This document shows, piece after piece, positions 1 through 8,944 of a stretch of 64,000 bases of DNA. How positions within the stretch are numbered: position 1 is the first letter of the stretch; the number at the start of each line of letters is the position of its first letter. The DNA comes from a virus. The position numbers and the translations under genes were made by a program. The notes under the pieces were generated by a model. It was given only the letters and a program-made list of their open reading frames with translations, ran no database searches and was not told the origin of the DNA. Location of the stretch: positions 1 to 64,000 of IMG/VR virus record IMGVR_UViG_3300034061_002572; one strand, 5' to 3'.

Positions 1-227
1 AAGTAATATTCTTGACTCATAATGAAGAAAAACATAAATATAATCTAGCACAGAGACTCACAGGTGAGCATCTGTTATGGGTACCTAAAATACAGGAAAG
101 GAAAGTATCACAGTATGGTGGAAAAAACATTAGGTATGAACATAATAGGAAAGCTGATTATATCAAACAGTTTGTTGAGCTTCATGATGAGATAATACCA
201 TTTAACACAATAAGATATATATTCTAG
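1..227 (+). CDS. C-terminal part of a spore photoproduct lyase (SplB)-like radical SAM protein, 5' truncated by the window
   Basis: Frame is open from nt 3: VIFLTHN...LLWVPKIQERKVSQYGGKNIRY...IRYIF. This resembles the recalled C-terminus of SPL-family proteins (IFLTHN...LLWxPxxQExKxS...NxRY...RYxF). The radical SAM CxxxCxxC motif would lie outside the window. Confidence 0.65.
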   Translation, partial: VIFLTHNEEKHKYNLAQRLTGEHLLWVPKIQERKVSQYGGKNIRYEHNRKADYIKQFVELHDEIIPFNTIRYIF

Positions 228-229
228 AT

Positions 230-505
230 ATGACACTTAGAGAAACAGAATTACTAGGAAATGCTCTTGTTAGAAAGTTGGGTTTTAGAAGAACTAAACT
301 TAATGATAATGTTTATAATTTAGCTTATCAGTATATTTCTATTGAAGTAGAGTTTTATCCAAAAGGAACTAAATGGTATGTTAATGTTGTTTATCATATT
401 GATACAGGTACTACTGTTATATTTCATAGTGCTGTCTTAAATATTGATAATATAATTTCTGACGCAAATAAATTAATTGGTATGTTTTATTTTATAAGAA
501 CATGA
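230..505 (+). CDS. hypothetical protein (91 aa)
   Basis: ATG 2 nt after the previous stop; ATGA overlap with the next ORF. Confidence 0.75.
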   Translation: MTLRETELLGNALVRKLGFRRTKLNDNVYNLAYQYISIEVEFYPKGTKWYVNVVYHIDTGTTVIFHSAVLNIDNIISDANKLIGMFYFIRT

Positions 506-894
506 ATTTTGAAGAAAAAAATATTAAAGAGTTAGTATATGATATCTGTCTTGAGCATTCTGAAGTATGCAAAGCAGCAGATAGTAATATGGGATATCTA
601 TGGTATATGTTTACACATGGGTCAAAGGCCGGGCAATACAAACCATTTATATTCTTGGCAGAAATTAACCTTTTGGTTAAAATGGGATTACTCTTTGAAG
701 AAGAAAGAGATAGACTTATTGAAATGATAAGTTCTGAAGATAAAGACAATATGTATTTAGTAGGTTTATCTATACTGCAGTTAAGAGACCAAAGAATTAA
801 AACTTATGGTAATTATACAGCAGATAATGATGCTTACAAGAGTATTGACTATCTGACAGATGTTATTAGTCCGGAATTATTTATTGGTAAATAG
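502..894 (+). CDS. hypothetical protein carrying the LxxMxxSxDxxN helical motif
   Basis: Translationally coupled ORF; contains LIEMISSEDKDNMYLV. Confidence 0.8.
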   Translation: MNFEEKNIKELVYDICLEHSEVCKAADSNMGYLWYMFTHGSKAGQYKPFIFLAEINLLVKMGLLFEEERDRLIEMISSEDKDNMYLVGLSILQLRDQRIKTYGNYTADNDAYKSIDYLTDVISPELFIGK

Positions 895-910
895 ATTTAA
901 AAAAAGAAAG

Positions 911-1162
911 ATGACAGAACAAGATCTGATAAATGAAGGCTTTGAAAAAGTAATAATATCAGATGATGAAAGCCAGAATGGTTTTGATTATTATTATTAC
1001 CAAAAAGAAGTTTGTGAGAATATAGTACTTCATAGTACAGATAATGTAGATGTGGTAGATGACAAATGGCAGTTAAGAACATTTGATATCCCCGCAATAC
1101 TAATATCTGAACTAGGACACTACAAAGAGTTTATGGAATTAATGAGTAATATAGTTTGTTAA
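911..1162 (+). CDS. hypothetical protein (probable start MTEQDL at 911)
   Basis: ATG at 911 follows an A-rich leader and avoids the overlap implied by the 860 start. Confidence 0.75.
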   Translation: MTEQDLINEGFEKVIISDDESQNGFDYYYYQKEVCENIVLHSTDNVDVVDDKWQLRTFDIPAILISELGHYKEFMELMSNIVC

Positions 1163-1164
1163 TT

Positions 1165-1542
1165 ATGTTTAGTGGAAAATTTATAAAGAAAGATGGCAAG
1201 CTTACTTATGCAAGTCCGCAGGATAAGCTTGCCTATGAAATTTTTGTAGATAAGATACAAGAAGGACAGAAGGTAGAAATGTATATTGGTCTGGCTAATG
1301 CTGACCACAGTATTGCGCAATTGGCAAAAGTGCATGCTTGTATCCGGGAACTTGCTAAAGAATCTGGATACAGTTTTGATGAAATGAAAGTACTGATTAA
1401 AGAAAAATCAGGATTATGTTATGATGGAGGTGATGCTATACTTTGTAAATCATTTTCTGATTGCTCAAAAGATGAAATTGCATTAGCTATTGAAGCTTGT
1501 ATACAAATAGGGAGAGAAAACTATAATATTAATCTAACTTAG
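1165..1542 (+). CDS. NinB/Orf-like recombination accessory protein
   Basis: SIAQLAKVHACIRELAKESGYSFDEMKVLIK...SFSDCSKDEI resembles the NinB pattern; size about 125 aa. Confidence 0.55.
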   Translation: MFSGKFIKKDGKLTYASPQDKLAYEIFVDKIQEGQKVEMYIGLANADHSIAQLAKVHACIRELAKESGYSFDEMKVLIKEKSGLCYDGGDAILCKSFSDCSKDEIALAIEACIQIGRENYNINLT

Positions 1543-1843
1543 ATTCTACATAACCTTCATCACCTGGTTGTAGAACTTCTTTTTCATCATAAAGAGATTT
1601 TTCCTTTGCCACTCTTTCAATTTCAGCAATTAGGAGTGTAGTAGTATAAAAAGCTCTTTCATAATGGTTAAGTTCAGCAAATTGTTTGGTTGTCATATTT
1701 TTTAAAGATTCTTCTAATTTTGTAGAATCTTTTTCAGAAAGAAATAAATAGGCTGCTAATTCTTTAGCCATTAAATAGAAACCTTTATTTACTTTGATGT
1801 CAAATACTGCATCATCTTTCATTTCTTTAATTTTAATTGCCAT
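1529..1843 (-). CDS. hypothetical protein (104 aa), lone antisense gene in the replication arm
   Basis: Fills the gap between + genes, protein-like composition, ATG start and its own TAAATTTG element upstream. Confidence 0.8.
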   Translation of the reverse strand: MAIKIKEMKDDAVFDIKVNKGFYLMAKELAAYLFLSEKDSTKLEESLKNMTTKQFAELNHYERAFYTTTLLIAEIERVAKEKSLYDEKEVLQPGDEGYVESKLD

Positions 1844-1860
1844 AACAGTTGATTTTTTAA

Positions 1861-1868
1861 CAAATTTA
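1861..1868 (-). promoter_or_regulatory. Bacteroidota-type -7 promoter element TAnnTTTG (TAAATTTG)
   Basis: Exact consensus match 17 nt upstream of the ATG at 1843. Confidence 0.55.
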
Positions 1869-1875
1869 ATAAAAT

Positions 1876-2586
1876 ATGAATAACAAACTAGAGTTAGAAG
1901 AAATTAAAAACAAATTATTAATTAAACTAGAACCTTCTGGTTGGAATTTAATATTAAAATCATTTATAGAAAGTTCTGATTTTGAAAAAATAATAAAGCA
2001 ACTAGTTTATCTTGTTAAAGAAGGTAAAAGATTTACTCCCACATTAAAACAGATATTTAGAGCATTTGAAGAATGTCCGTATAACAAACTAAAAATAATC
2101 ATTGTAGGTCAAGATCCTTATCCACAATTAGGAGTTGCAGATGGTATTGCATTTAGTTGTAGTAATACTATGGAATTACAGCCAAGTTTAAGCTATATGT
2201 TAAATGAAGTAAACAAAACTGTTTACAAAGGACATCCAGGATCTATAAATGTAGACTTAACAAGATGGTCAAATCAAGGAATATTAATGCTCAATACAGC
2301 TCTTACTACTACAGTAGGTAAAATAGGTCAACATTACAATATATGGAAACCATTTTTAGCATATTTATTTGATCATTTAACATGGAATAATTCCGGGCTT
2401 ATTTATATTTATATGGGAAAACAAGCTCAAGAATGGGCGGAGTGTGTAAATGATAATAACCATAAATTTTATGTAAGTCATCCTGCAAGTGCTGCATATA
2501 ATAATAGTGCTTGGGATTGTCAAAATGTATTCATAGAAGCTAAGGATATTGTCAAAAAAATGTATAACGAAGATATTATTTGGTAA
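1876..2586 (+). CDS. ung: uracil-DNA glycosylase, family 1
   Basis: Catalytic GQDPY, ADGIAFS, QGILMLNTALT and HPAS motifs. Confidence 0.95.
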   Translation: MNNKLELEEIKNKLLIKLEPSGWNLILKSFIESSDFEKIIKQLVYLVKEGKRFTPTLKQIFRAFEECPYNKLKIIIVGQDPYPQLGVADGIAFSCSNTMELQPSLSYMLNEVNKTVYKGHPGSINVDLTRWSNQGILMLNTALTTTVGKIGQHYNIWKPFLAYLFDHLTWNNSGLIYIYMGKQAQEWAECVNDNNHKFYVSHPASAAYNNSAWDCQNVFIEAKDIVKKMYNEDIIW

Positions 2587-3176
2587 TGGAAGATGTATTT
2601 AACAAACTGATAAAAGCAGGTATAACACCTAATGCATTTTATGTTTTATATTGTTCTAAACATAAAAAAATTCCTAATTCATTTGTAAGTTATGCTTTAG
2701 AAATTAGAAAGCTTCAAGTTGAAAAATGGGTAGATCAAGATTTGCAATTAACAGAAAAAAGTATTAATTTTATTCAAGAAATTGATGCCTTTTTCAAGAA
2801 AAGTAAAAAGAAAACTTCTTCAGTTTTGATGGGAGAATCTTTTTTAGATTTGATACAAGAGTATGTAGAAATTTTTCCTAACAAAAGACTTTCAAGTGGC
2901 AAACCTGCAAGAGTAAATGTAAAAACATTAGAGAATTCTTTTCGTTGGTTTTTTGACACATATAGTTATGACTGGGAAACAATTCTAGCAGCAACTAGAA
3001 AGTATGTTTATGACTTTGAGCTTAAGAATTATGAATTTATGAGAACTTCTCAATATTTTGTAAGAAAACAAAATACTGATAAATCTTGGGATTCTGACTT
3101 AGCTACATATTGTGACATGATTATTAATGGAGAAGATGATTTTGAAGATAATCATTTTAAAGAAAGCGTAGTATGA
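2586..3176 (+). CDS. putative replication initiator / winged-helix DNA-binding protein
   Basis: Position upstream of the helicase; N-terminal wHTH-like segment and a C-terminal YxxxFP...Y domain. Function inferred. Confidence 0.45.
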   Translation: MEDVFNKLIKAGITPNAFYVLYCSKHKKIPNSFVSYALEIRKLQVEKWVDQDLQLTEKSINFIQEIDAFFKKSKKKTSSVLMGESFLDLIQEYVEIFPNKRLSSGKPARVNVKTLENSFRWFFDTYSYDWETILAATRKYVYDFELKNYEFMRTSQYFVRKQNTDKSWDSDLATYCDMIINGEDDFEDNHFKESVV

Positions 3177-3367
3177 GTAATTTTAAAATTAAAATTTTAT
3201 TGGGAATCTGTGCTATCACAGGTTCAATTGCTGGATACTATTTTGCAACATTTCTATTTGGTAGTATGCCATTTTGGAAATATATTTTGTTTGAATTTGC
3301 AATAACAATTTTGCATACAATGTATAATTTCACAAAAGAACAAGCATTACAAACTGTTAAGAAATGA
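3173..3367 (+). CDS. small membrane protein (2 predicted TM segments)
   Basis: Two hydrophobic stretches; ATGA overlaps on both sides. Confidence 0.7.
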   Translation: MSNFKIKILLGICAITGSIAGYYFATFLFGSMPFWKYILFEFAITILHTMYNFTKEQALQTVKK

Positions 3368-4365
3368 GTGACTATTTAAATACTAAACCAGTAAAAGTAA
3401 AAAGTAAAATTGAAGCTTTTGATGAAGCTTTAGTTCACATAAAAGCAAGACAAGAAGGCAGAATAAAAAGTTTAACAACCGGTTGGTCCAAGTTCAACGA
3501 TGCTTTATTAGATGGGATAGAATGGAATACCCTAACAGTCATAGGGGCCAGACCAGGAACAGGAAAAACTTTTTTTATTGACCAATTGTGTGCTGACGTT
3601 GTTGAGTTAAACCCTAATGAAAATTTTAGAGTTTTACAGTTTCAATTAGAAATGCCGGGAAGAACTAGTGCTATTAGAGAATTATCTACTCCTACTAAAA
3701 AAGATTATAAATCTTTAAATAGTGCAGGTGCTAACAAGCTGACTGATGATGATTATGACAGATGTGTTTCTTATGTAGAAAAACTTAGACAAAATGCAAG
3801 AGTTGATGTTGTATATGACCCTTGTACAATAGAAGAGTTTATGTCTACTATCCATCATTATGTAATGAAACATTGCAAAGAAGTTGATGGTAAAAAGAAA
3901 TATACCAAAGTTTTAATCACAGTGGATCACTCAACTCTATTCAAAAAGTCTGCAAGAGATAAAGACAAGTTTGATATGTTGTATAATCTAGGTGAAGCAA
4001 TTACTTATATGAAGAAAACATATCCAGTTGCCTTTCTTATTTTGAGTCAATTGAATAGAAATATTGATAGTCCTGAAAGATCAGAAAATGGTAAGTATGG
4101 TAACTACGTCCTTGATTCTGATATTTTTGGTGCAGATGCTTTATTGCAACATGCTGATACCCTAATTGGTATTAATAGACCTGCACTTAAGAAAATCAAA
4201 TATTATGGACCTGATAGATACATAATACCGGATGACACTACAATTGTATTTCATTTTCTTAAATCCAGAAATGGAGACACTAGAATTAGTTTTTTCAAGC
4301 TGGATAGACAGCAGATGAAGATTGTAGAAATTGACACTCCTCCGCAACAACAAAAAACAAAATAG
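3364..4365 (+). CDS. dnaB: DnaB-like replicative helicase (C-terminal ATPase domain only)
   Basis: Walker A GARPGTGKT, QLEM, ITVDH, LSQLNR, DALLQHAD and KSRNG motifs. Confidence 0.92.
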   Translation: MSDYLNTKPVKVKSKIEAFDEALVHIKARQEGRIKSLTTGWSKFNDALLDGIEWNTLTVIGARPGTGKTFFIDQLCADVVELNPNENFRVLQFQLEMPGRTSAIRELSTPTKKDYKSLNSAGANKLTDDDYDRCVSYVEKLRQNARVDVVYDPCTIEEFMSTIHHYVMKHCKEVDGKKKYTKVLITVDHSTLFKKSARDKDKFDMLYNLGEAITYMKKTYPVAFLILSQLNRNIDSPERSENGKYGNYVLDSDIFGADALLQHADTLIGINRPALKKIKYYGPDRYIIPDDTTIVFHFLKSRNGDTRISFFKLDRQQMKIVEIDTPPQQQKTK

Positions 4366-4371
4366 TAAATT

Positions 4372-4908
4372 ATGACAAGAAAAGAAAAAACAGAAGAATT
4401 GTTTAAGAAGCATTCTCCAACTTTTAGAGTTATGAAAGTTGATGATCCCTTCTTTACATTAAAAAGTGCGTATTTTATTAGTGGTAAAAAAGGTAAATTT
4501 ATTCAGTTATTTGAAAGTGAACTTGGTAAAGAAAAAGATGTTTATATAGAGTTTGTCAAAAAAGATTTAACTCCAGATTTATCTGATAGGCCTTTATTCA
4601 AATTAGCTTTTAATCCGTTTTATAAAGAAGAATATGAAATGGAAAATAAAACAACTGAAGAAGGAAAAGAATATTCAGTATATATAATTCCTGTTTCTGA
4701 GTTACAAGTTATTATGCCTAACGGTTCTTATATTACATATTCTAATTATGAGAATGGATTTACAACTGATAGACAACAAACATTATTTCCAGACTTTGAA
4801 GATCAATTTGGTTCTAATGCAGAAGAAGTAGATTCTGAAGAGTCAGCATCTGATATTCTCTTAAGAATTGCTATAGATTTTCAAAAATTAGCACAAAAAT
4901 TAAAATAA
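4372..4908 (+). CDS. hypothetical protein (178 aa)
   Basis: In-operon ORF between the helicase and the AAA ATPase. Confidence 0.85.
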   Translation: MTRKEKTEELFKKHSPTFRVMKVDDPFFTLKSAYFISGKKGKFIQLFESELGKEKDVYIEFVKKDLTPDLSDRPLFKLAFNPFYKEEYEMENKTTEEGKEYSVYIIPVSELQVIMPNGSYITYSNYENGFTTDRQQTLFPDFEDQFGSNAEEVDSEESASDILLRIAIDFQKLAQKLK

Positions 4909-4909
4909 A

Positions 4910-5629
4910 ATGAGTATAGTACTTCCAACAACTAAGATTAAAGGGGATAGAGTAAATCCTAAAAGACTCTTAATTTATTCAAAACCTAAAACAGGTAAAA
5001 CTACTGCATTTGCAGGGCTTGAAGACAATCTGATTATGGATTTAGAGAATGGTTCTGATTATGTTAATGCTTTAAAAGTTAAAGCTAAAGACTTAAAAGA
5101 ACTACTTGCAATTGGTCAAGCAATTATTGATGCCGGTAAACCTTACAAGTATGTTACAATTGATACAGTAACCGCTTTAGAATCTATGGTAATGCCACTT
5201 GCAGTAAAACTTTATAGAAAAACCCAAATGGGTAAGAATTTTGAAGGAGATAGCGTAACTGGATTACCTAATGGTGCTGGTTATGGATATATTCGTGAAG
5301 CATTTTTCAATATTTTAGATTTTATTGATACCTTAGCTCCCCATATTATTTTATCTGGTCATATTAAAGATAAAGTAGTTGATGATAAAGGAGAAATGGT
5401 GATGTCAGCAAATATTGATTTAACGGGTAAAATTAAATCTTTAATCTGTGCTAATGCAGATGCCATTGGTTACATGTATAGAAAAGGTAATAAAACCATT
5501 TTGTCATTTAAGACAAATGAAGAAGTTACTTGTGGTGCCAGACCTGAACATTTGAGAAATCAAGAAATAGTAATAACTGAATCAGTAGATGGTGTATTAA
5601 CTACATCATGGGATAAAGTATATAAGTAA
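4910..5629 (+). CDS. AAA_24 / Sak4-like P-loop ATPase (putative recombinase)
   Basis: YSKPKTGKTT Walker A, MDLENG, VTIDT, ILSGH, ADAIGY and GARP motifs. Confidence 0.85.
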   Translation: MSIVLPTTKIKGDRVNPKRLLIYSKPKTGKTTAFAGLEDNLIMDLENGSDYVNALKVKAKDLKELLAIGQAIIDAGKPYKYVTIDTVTALESMVMPLAVKLYRKTQMGKNFEGDSVTGLPNGAGYGYIREAFFNILDFIDTLAPHIILSGHIKDKVVDDKGEMVMSANIDLTGKIKSLICANADAIGYMYRKGNKTILSFKTNEEVTCGARPEHLRNQEIVITESVDGVLTTSWDKVYK

Positions 5630-5651
5630 TAACAAATAAATAAATACAAAA

Positions 5652-6347
5652 ATGAACGTAGATTTAACAGATTTATTAGAAAGTAAAAGTGGTGGTAAAG
5701 GTGGTAAAAAGATTACACCCGGAAATCATGTATTAAAAATTACAGGTTTGAGTACTAAAGAAGATGAGAGATATCCTGAAAAAAAGTATATCTATATTCA
5801 TGTAGAAACTGAACCAATTGAAGATTTTGAAGGTTTCTATATTGATAATGATCCTAGTAAGGGTAGACATCTTGGTAAAATTGGTAAGATTAATGCAAAT
5901 CCTTTTGGATACAAAGATGGAACCATGCCTAGTGGTGAGCCTGTTACACAGCAAAGATCAATGTTTATGTTTGTAATTAACTTATGTAAAACATTAGGTA
6001 TTACTGAATGGGCTCGTGAACAAAATAACAAACATTCAAATGCTGAATCTTTTATAGATGCATTTAATGCTACTGCACCATTTAAGAACAAGTTTCTTGA
6101 GTTTTGTGTAGGTGGTCAGGAATGGGTTAATGCAGAAGGTTATACAAATTATAATTTACAACTTCCAAAAGCTGCAGGTGGTAGATACTCTATTGCTGGA
6201 CTTGAAGAAGGTAAATGTTTAAGATTTGATGCTTCTAAGCATATCTATGTTCAAAAAAGTAAAACTCAAGAAGTTCAGAATTTTAGAAAAGATGATGATG
6301 ATGATCTTGACATACCAAAATCTTCAAGTGAGTTTAGTTTAGACTAA
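5652..6347 (+). CDS. putative single-stranded DNA-binding protein
   Basis: Follows the Sak4-like gene; beta-rich sequence with acidic C-tail DDDDDLDIP...FSLD. Confidence 0.55.
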   Translation: MNVDLTDLLESKSGGKGGKKITPGNHVLKITGLSTKEDERYPEKKYIYIHVETEPIEDFEGFYIDNDPSKGRHLGKIGKINANPFGYKDGTMPSGEPVTQQRSMFMFVINLCKTLGITEWAREQNNKHSNAESFIDAFNATAPFKNKFLEFCVGGQEWVNAEGYTNYNLQLPKAAGGRYSIAGLEEGKCLRFDASKHIYVQKSKTQEVQNFRKDDDDDLDIPKSSSEFSLD

Positions 6348-6366
6348 TCATTCTATTTAATAATTT

Positions 6367-6401
6367 AAGGGGAAGTATTACTGCTTCCCCTTTATTATTT
6401 T
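6367..6401 (+). terminator. intrinsic terminator
   Basis: AAGGGGAAGTA-TTAC-TGCTTCCCCTT stem followed by a T-rich tract. Confidence 0.75.
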
Positions 6402-6406
6402 AGATT

Positions 6407-7384
6407 ATGCAATCAACAGTTAATTTTGTAACAAGTATTATTGATGTTCCAAGAGAATGGATATTTGAATTTTACTTGAATCTTTCTACTAGACTTTATG
6501 GTCAAACAATAAAGATGAAGTCTGTATTTAATCCAGCAGAGAAAACAGAATCTATGTATATCTATTTTGATGATTCAAAAGGTTATTATAGATATAAAGA
6601 TTTTTCTTCCGGATTTGGTGGAGATTCTAGTAATTTAATAATGGATTTGTATAAATTATCTAGGAAACAAGCTAATCTAAAAATTGTATTAGATTATTCT
6701 AAGTATCTTGAAGATAATAATTATGATCCTGTAACTGAATATAAAATTGCTGCTACTTACAAGGTTTCAGATTTTATGATTAGACATTGGAACATTCTAG
6801 ATAAAAGTTATTGGCAGTCATTTAAAATTGGTACCGATCAGCTTACTAAATATGAAGTAATTCCACTTGAGTATTATACATTAAGTAAAATAGAAGATAA
6901 CATAGAAACATCATTTACTATAAAAGGAGAACATATTTATGGCTACTTTAAAAATGATGGAACTTTGTATAAGATTTATCAACCCAAGAATAAAGAAAAG
7001 AAGTTTATTAAACTACTTAATTATATTCAAGGCTCTGAGCAATTAACATATACCACAAAGTATCTAATGATTATATCTTCACTAAAAGACTTGATGGCAT
7101 TTAATTCATTAGGAATTCAGAATATCGAAGGAATAGTTCCAGACAGTGAAAATAGTCTTTTACCTGATAGTTTGATTCAGTATTATAAAGAAAAGTATCA
7201 TAAAATAATTACTTTGTTGGATAATGATAAAGCCGGGATTCAAGCTATGGAAAAATATAAAGAAAAACATGAACTAAATTATGTTATCCCACCTGCTGAA
7301 AAGGATATTGCTGATTGTATTAAAACTCACGGGATAGCAAAAACAAGAGAAAAATTATTTCCACTATTAAAACAAGCATTATGA
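6407..7384 (+). CDS. dnaG: DNA primase (DnaG-like, TOPRIM)
   Basis: KDFSSGFGGD degenerate Zn-finger region, KIYQP, SSLKD, LLDNDKAG and KDIAD motifs. Confidence 0.85.
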   Translation: MQSTVNFVTSIIDVPREWIFEFYLNLSTRLYGQTIKMKSVFNPAEKTESMYIYFDDSKGYYRYKDFSSGFGGDSSNLIMDLYKLSRKQANLKIVLDYSKYLEDNNYDPVTEYKIAATYKVSDFMIRHWNILDKSYWQSFKIGTDQLTKYEVIPLEYYTLSKIEDNIETSFTIKGEHIYGYFKNDGTLYKIYQPKNKEKKFIKLLNYIQGSEQLTYTTKYLMIISSLKDLMAFNSLGIQNIEGIVPDSENSLLPDSLIQYYKEKYHKIITLLDNDKAGIQAMEKYKEKHELNYVIPPAEKDIADCIKTHGIAKTREKLFPLLKQAL

Positions 7385-7806
7385 GCTGGTTATATGAAGG
7401 AAGACCTTTTAATGATAGCATGATTCCAGATGGAGCCGTAGGTTTTGTGTATGAGATGGAAGCTGTTATTAATGGAAAGTCTGTAAGATATGTAGGTAAG
7501 AAGAACTTTTATTCTACTACAAAGAAAAAGTTTGGTAAAAAAGCTATGGCTCAAGTAACAGATAAAAGAACTAAAAAGTATGAGACTGTTACTAAACCTA
7601 GTTATCAAAACTATTATAGTAGTAATGCAGTTCTTAAAGAAGCTCACAAAGCTGGTGTAAAGATTAAAAGGTTTATGGTTAAGATATGTTTTTCCAAAAT
7701 GGAACTTACATATTATGAGACTAAGTATCAGTTTACAAGAGAGGTTCTTGAAAAAGAAGAATTTCTAAATGGAAATATTCTTGGAAGATTCTACCGTTTT
7801 AAATAA
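7381..7806 (+). CDS. GIY-YIG family endonuclease
   Basis: GFVY...YVGKK, YYSSN, YYE and C-terminal NGNI motifs. Confidence 0.75.
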   Translation: MSWLYEGRPFNDSMIPDGAVGFVYEMEAVINGKSVRYVGKKNFYSTTKKKFGKKAMAQVTDKRTKKYETVTKPSYQNYYSSNAVLKEAHKAGVKIKRFMVKICFSKMELTYYETKYQFTREVLEKEEFLNGNILGRFYRFK

Positions 7807-7818
7807 ATTCGAATAGTT

Positions 7819-8223
7819 ATGACAGAAACAGAATTAACAGCAGTCTTAATTAGACTAGCTGATGCTGGTGTTACCGGTGTTAAAATTATATATGATGGGG
7901 CTGGAGACTCCGGATCCATAGAATCTGTTGTTTATACAGCAGAACCATGTGAAACTCCAGAAGATATTGATGATACGGTAGATGGTTATCATTATGAATC
8001 TAATTTAGCAAATATTGATATGAATGCTGCTGATGCACTTTCCAATTTTGCTGACAGTGTATTATTAAATGAAATTGAAGATTGGTGGAATAATGAGGGT
8101 GGGTATGGTACTTTGTGTATTATGGTTCCTTCAGGAAAGTACATCATAAACAATCATATCAGAATTACTGATACTGAGGATTATTTTCACGATGGAGATT
8201 TATTAAGTAAAGTAGAAGACTGA
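7819..8223 (+). CDS. DUF6878-like acidic protein
   Basis: YDGAGDSGSIE and DWWNNEGGYG motifs recalled from this family. Confidence 0.65.
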   Translation: MTETELTAVLIRLADAGVTGVKIIYDGAGDSGSIESVVYTAEPCETPEDIDDTVDGYHYESNLANIDMNAADALSNFADSVLLNEIEDWWNNEGGYGTLCIMVPSGKYIINNHIRITDTEDYFHDGDLLSKVED

Positions 8224-8570
8224 TGGCACATCCTTTAGAGCATTCCAAGACATCTGTCAGAAAATGGAAAGGTCAAGTCTCTGATTATCAGGCTATTCAT
8301 GAGTGGCTTGATGAAACAAAAAGTTGGGTTGGACATAGTATGCATAGAATGTTCCGGCACCATAGTGAAGGTATATTTGAATGTGAAAGAGTATTTGGTA
8401 AAAGTTTTATTAATTCAGATGGTAAAACTGTGTATACAAGATATGTTGCAGAACAGCATGTTAAAGAAGACTGCAATAATTACATTCCTAGTGCAAAGGA
8501 ATGGGTTACTATGATTGCTTCTGGTAAACCTGAGAAATGGGCAATAAAAACTTTAAAAATTGAAGACTGA
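8223..8570 (+). CDS. DUF6915-like His-rich protein
   Basis: MAHPLEHS...IHEWLDETK...HRMFRHHSEGIF...EQHVKED...IPSAKEW. Confidence 0.75.
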   Translation: MAHPLEHSKTSVRKWKGQVSDYQAIHEWLDETKSWVGHSMHRMFRHHSEGIFECERVFGKSFINSDGKTVYTRYVAEQHVKEDCNNYIPSAKEWVTMIASGKPEKWAIKTLKIED

Positions 8571-8944
8571 TGGAAAATCAATTTGTATCTTATGAATTAG
8601 CTTTAAGAATGAAGCAACTTGGATTTGATGAGCCTTGTTTTGGATATTATGATATGGGACAGAAATTTAACTTTCCTGGTTGTACAATGAACAACCGTAA
8701 TTTTATTAATCTTAAAACTACTATGGCACCATTATTTCAACAAGCATTTAGATGGTTTAGAGAGAAGTATGATTTACATTATCAATTGATTCCTTTCTTT
8801 TCAGATAAAGAGAGTCATGCAGTAGATTATTATCTTGCACTTGCCCAGCACAGACCTCCAATTCAGGTAAAAACCTATGAAGAAGCTGAACTTGCTTGTA
8901 TTGAAAAGTTAATTGAAATTGTTGAACAAAAAAATGAGAACTAA
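8570..8944 (+). CDS. conserved phage hypothetical protein
   Basis: FVSYELALRMKQLGFDEPC, APLFQQAFRWFREK and TYEEAE motifs, recalled from Bacteroidota phages. Confidence 0.8.
   Translation: MENQFVSYELALRMKQLGFDEPCFGYYDMGQKFNFPGCTMNNRNFINLKTTMAPLFQQAFRWFREKYDLHYQLIPFFSDKESHAVDYYLALAQHRPPIQVKTYEEAELACIEKLIEIVEQKNEN

Noticed and set aside
7381-7806. GIY-YIG gene as an intron-encoded homing endonuclease
   Set aside because: It is free-standing, coupled to an intact primase, has no C-terminal DNA-binding repeats and does not interrupt a gene.
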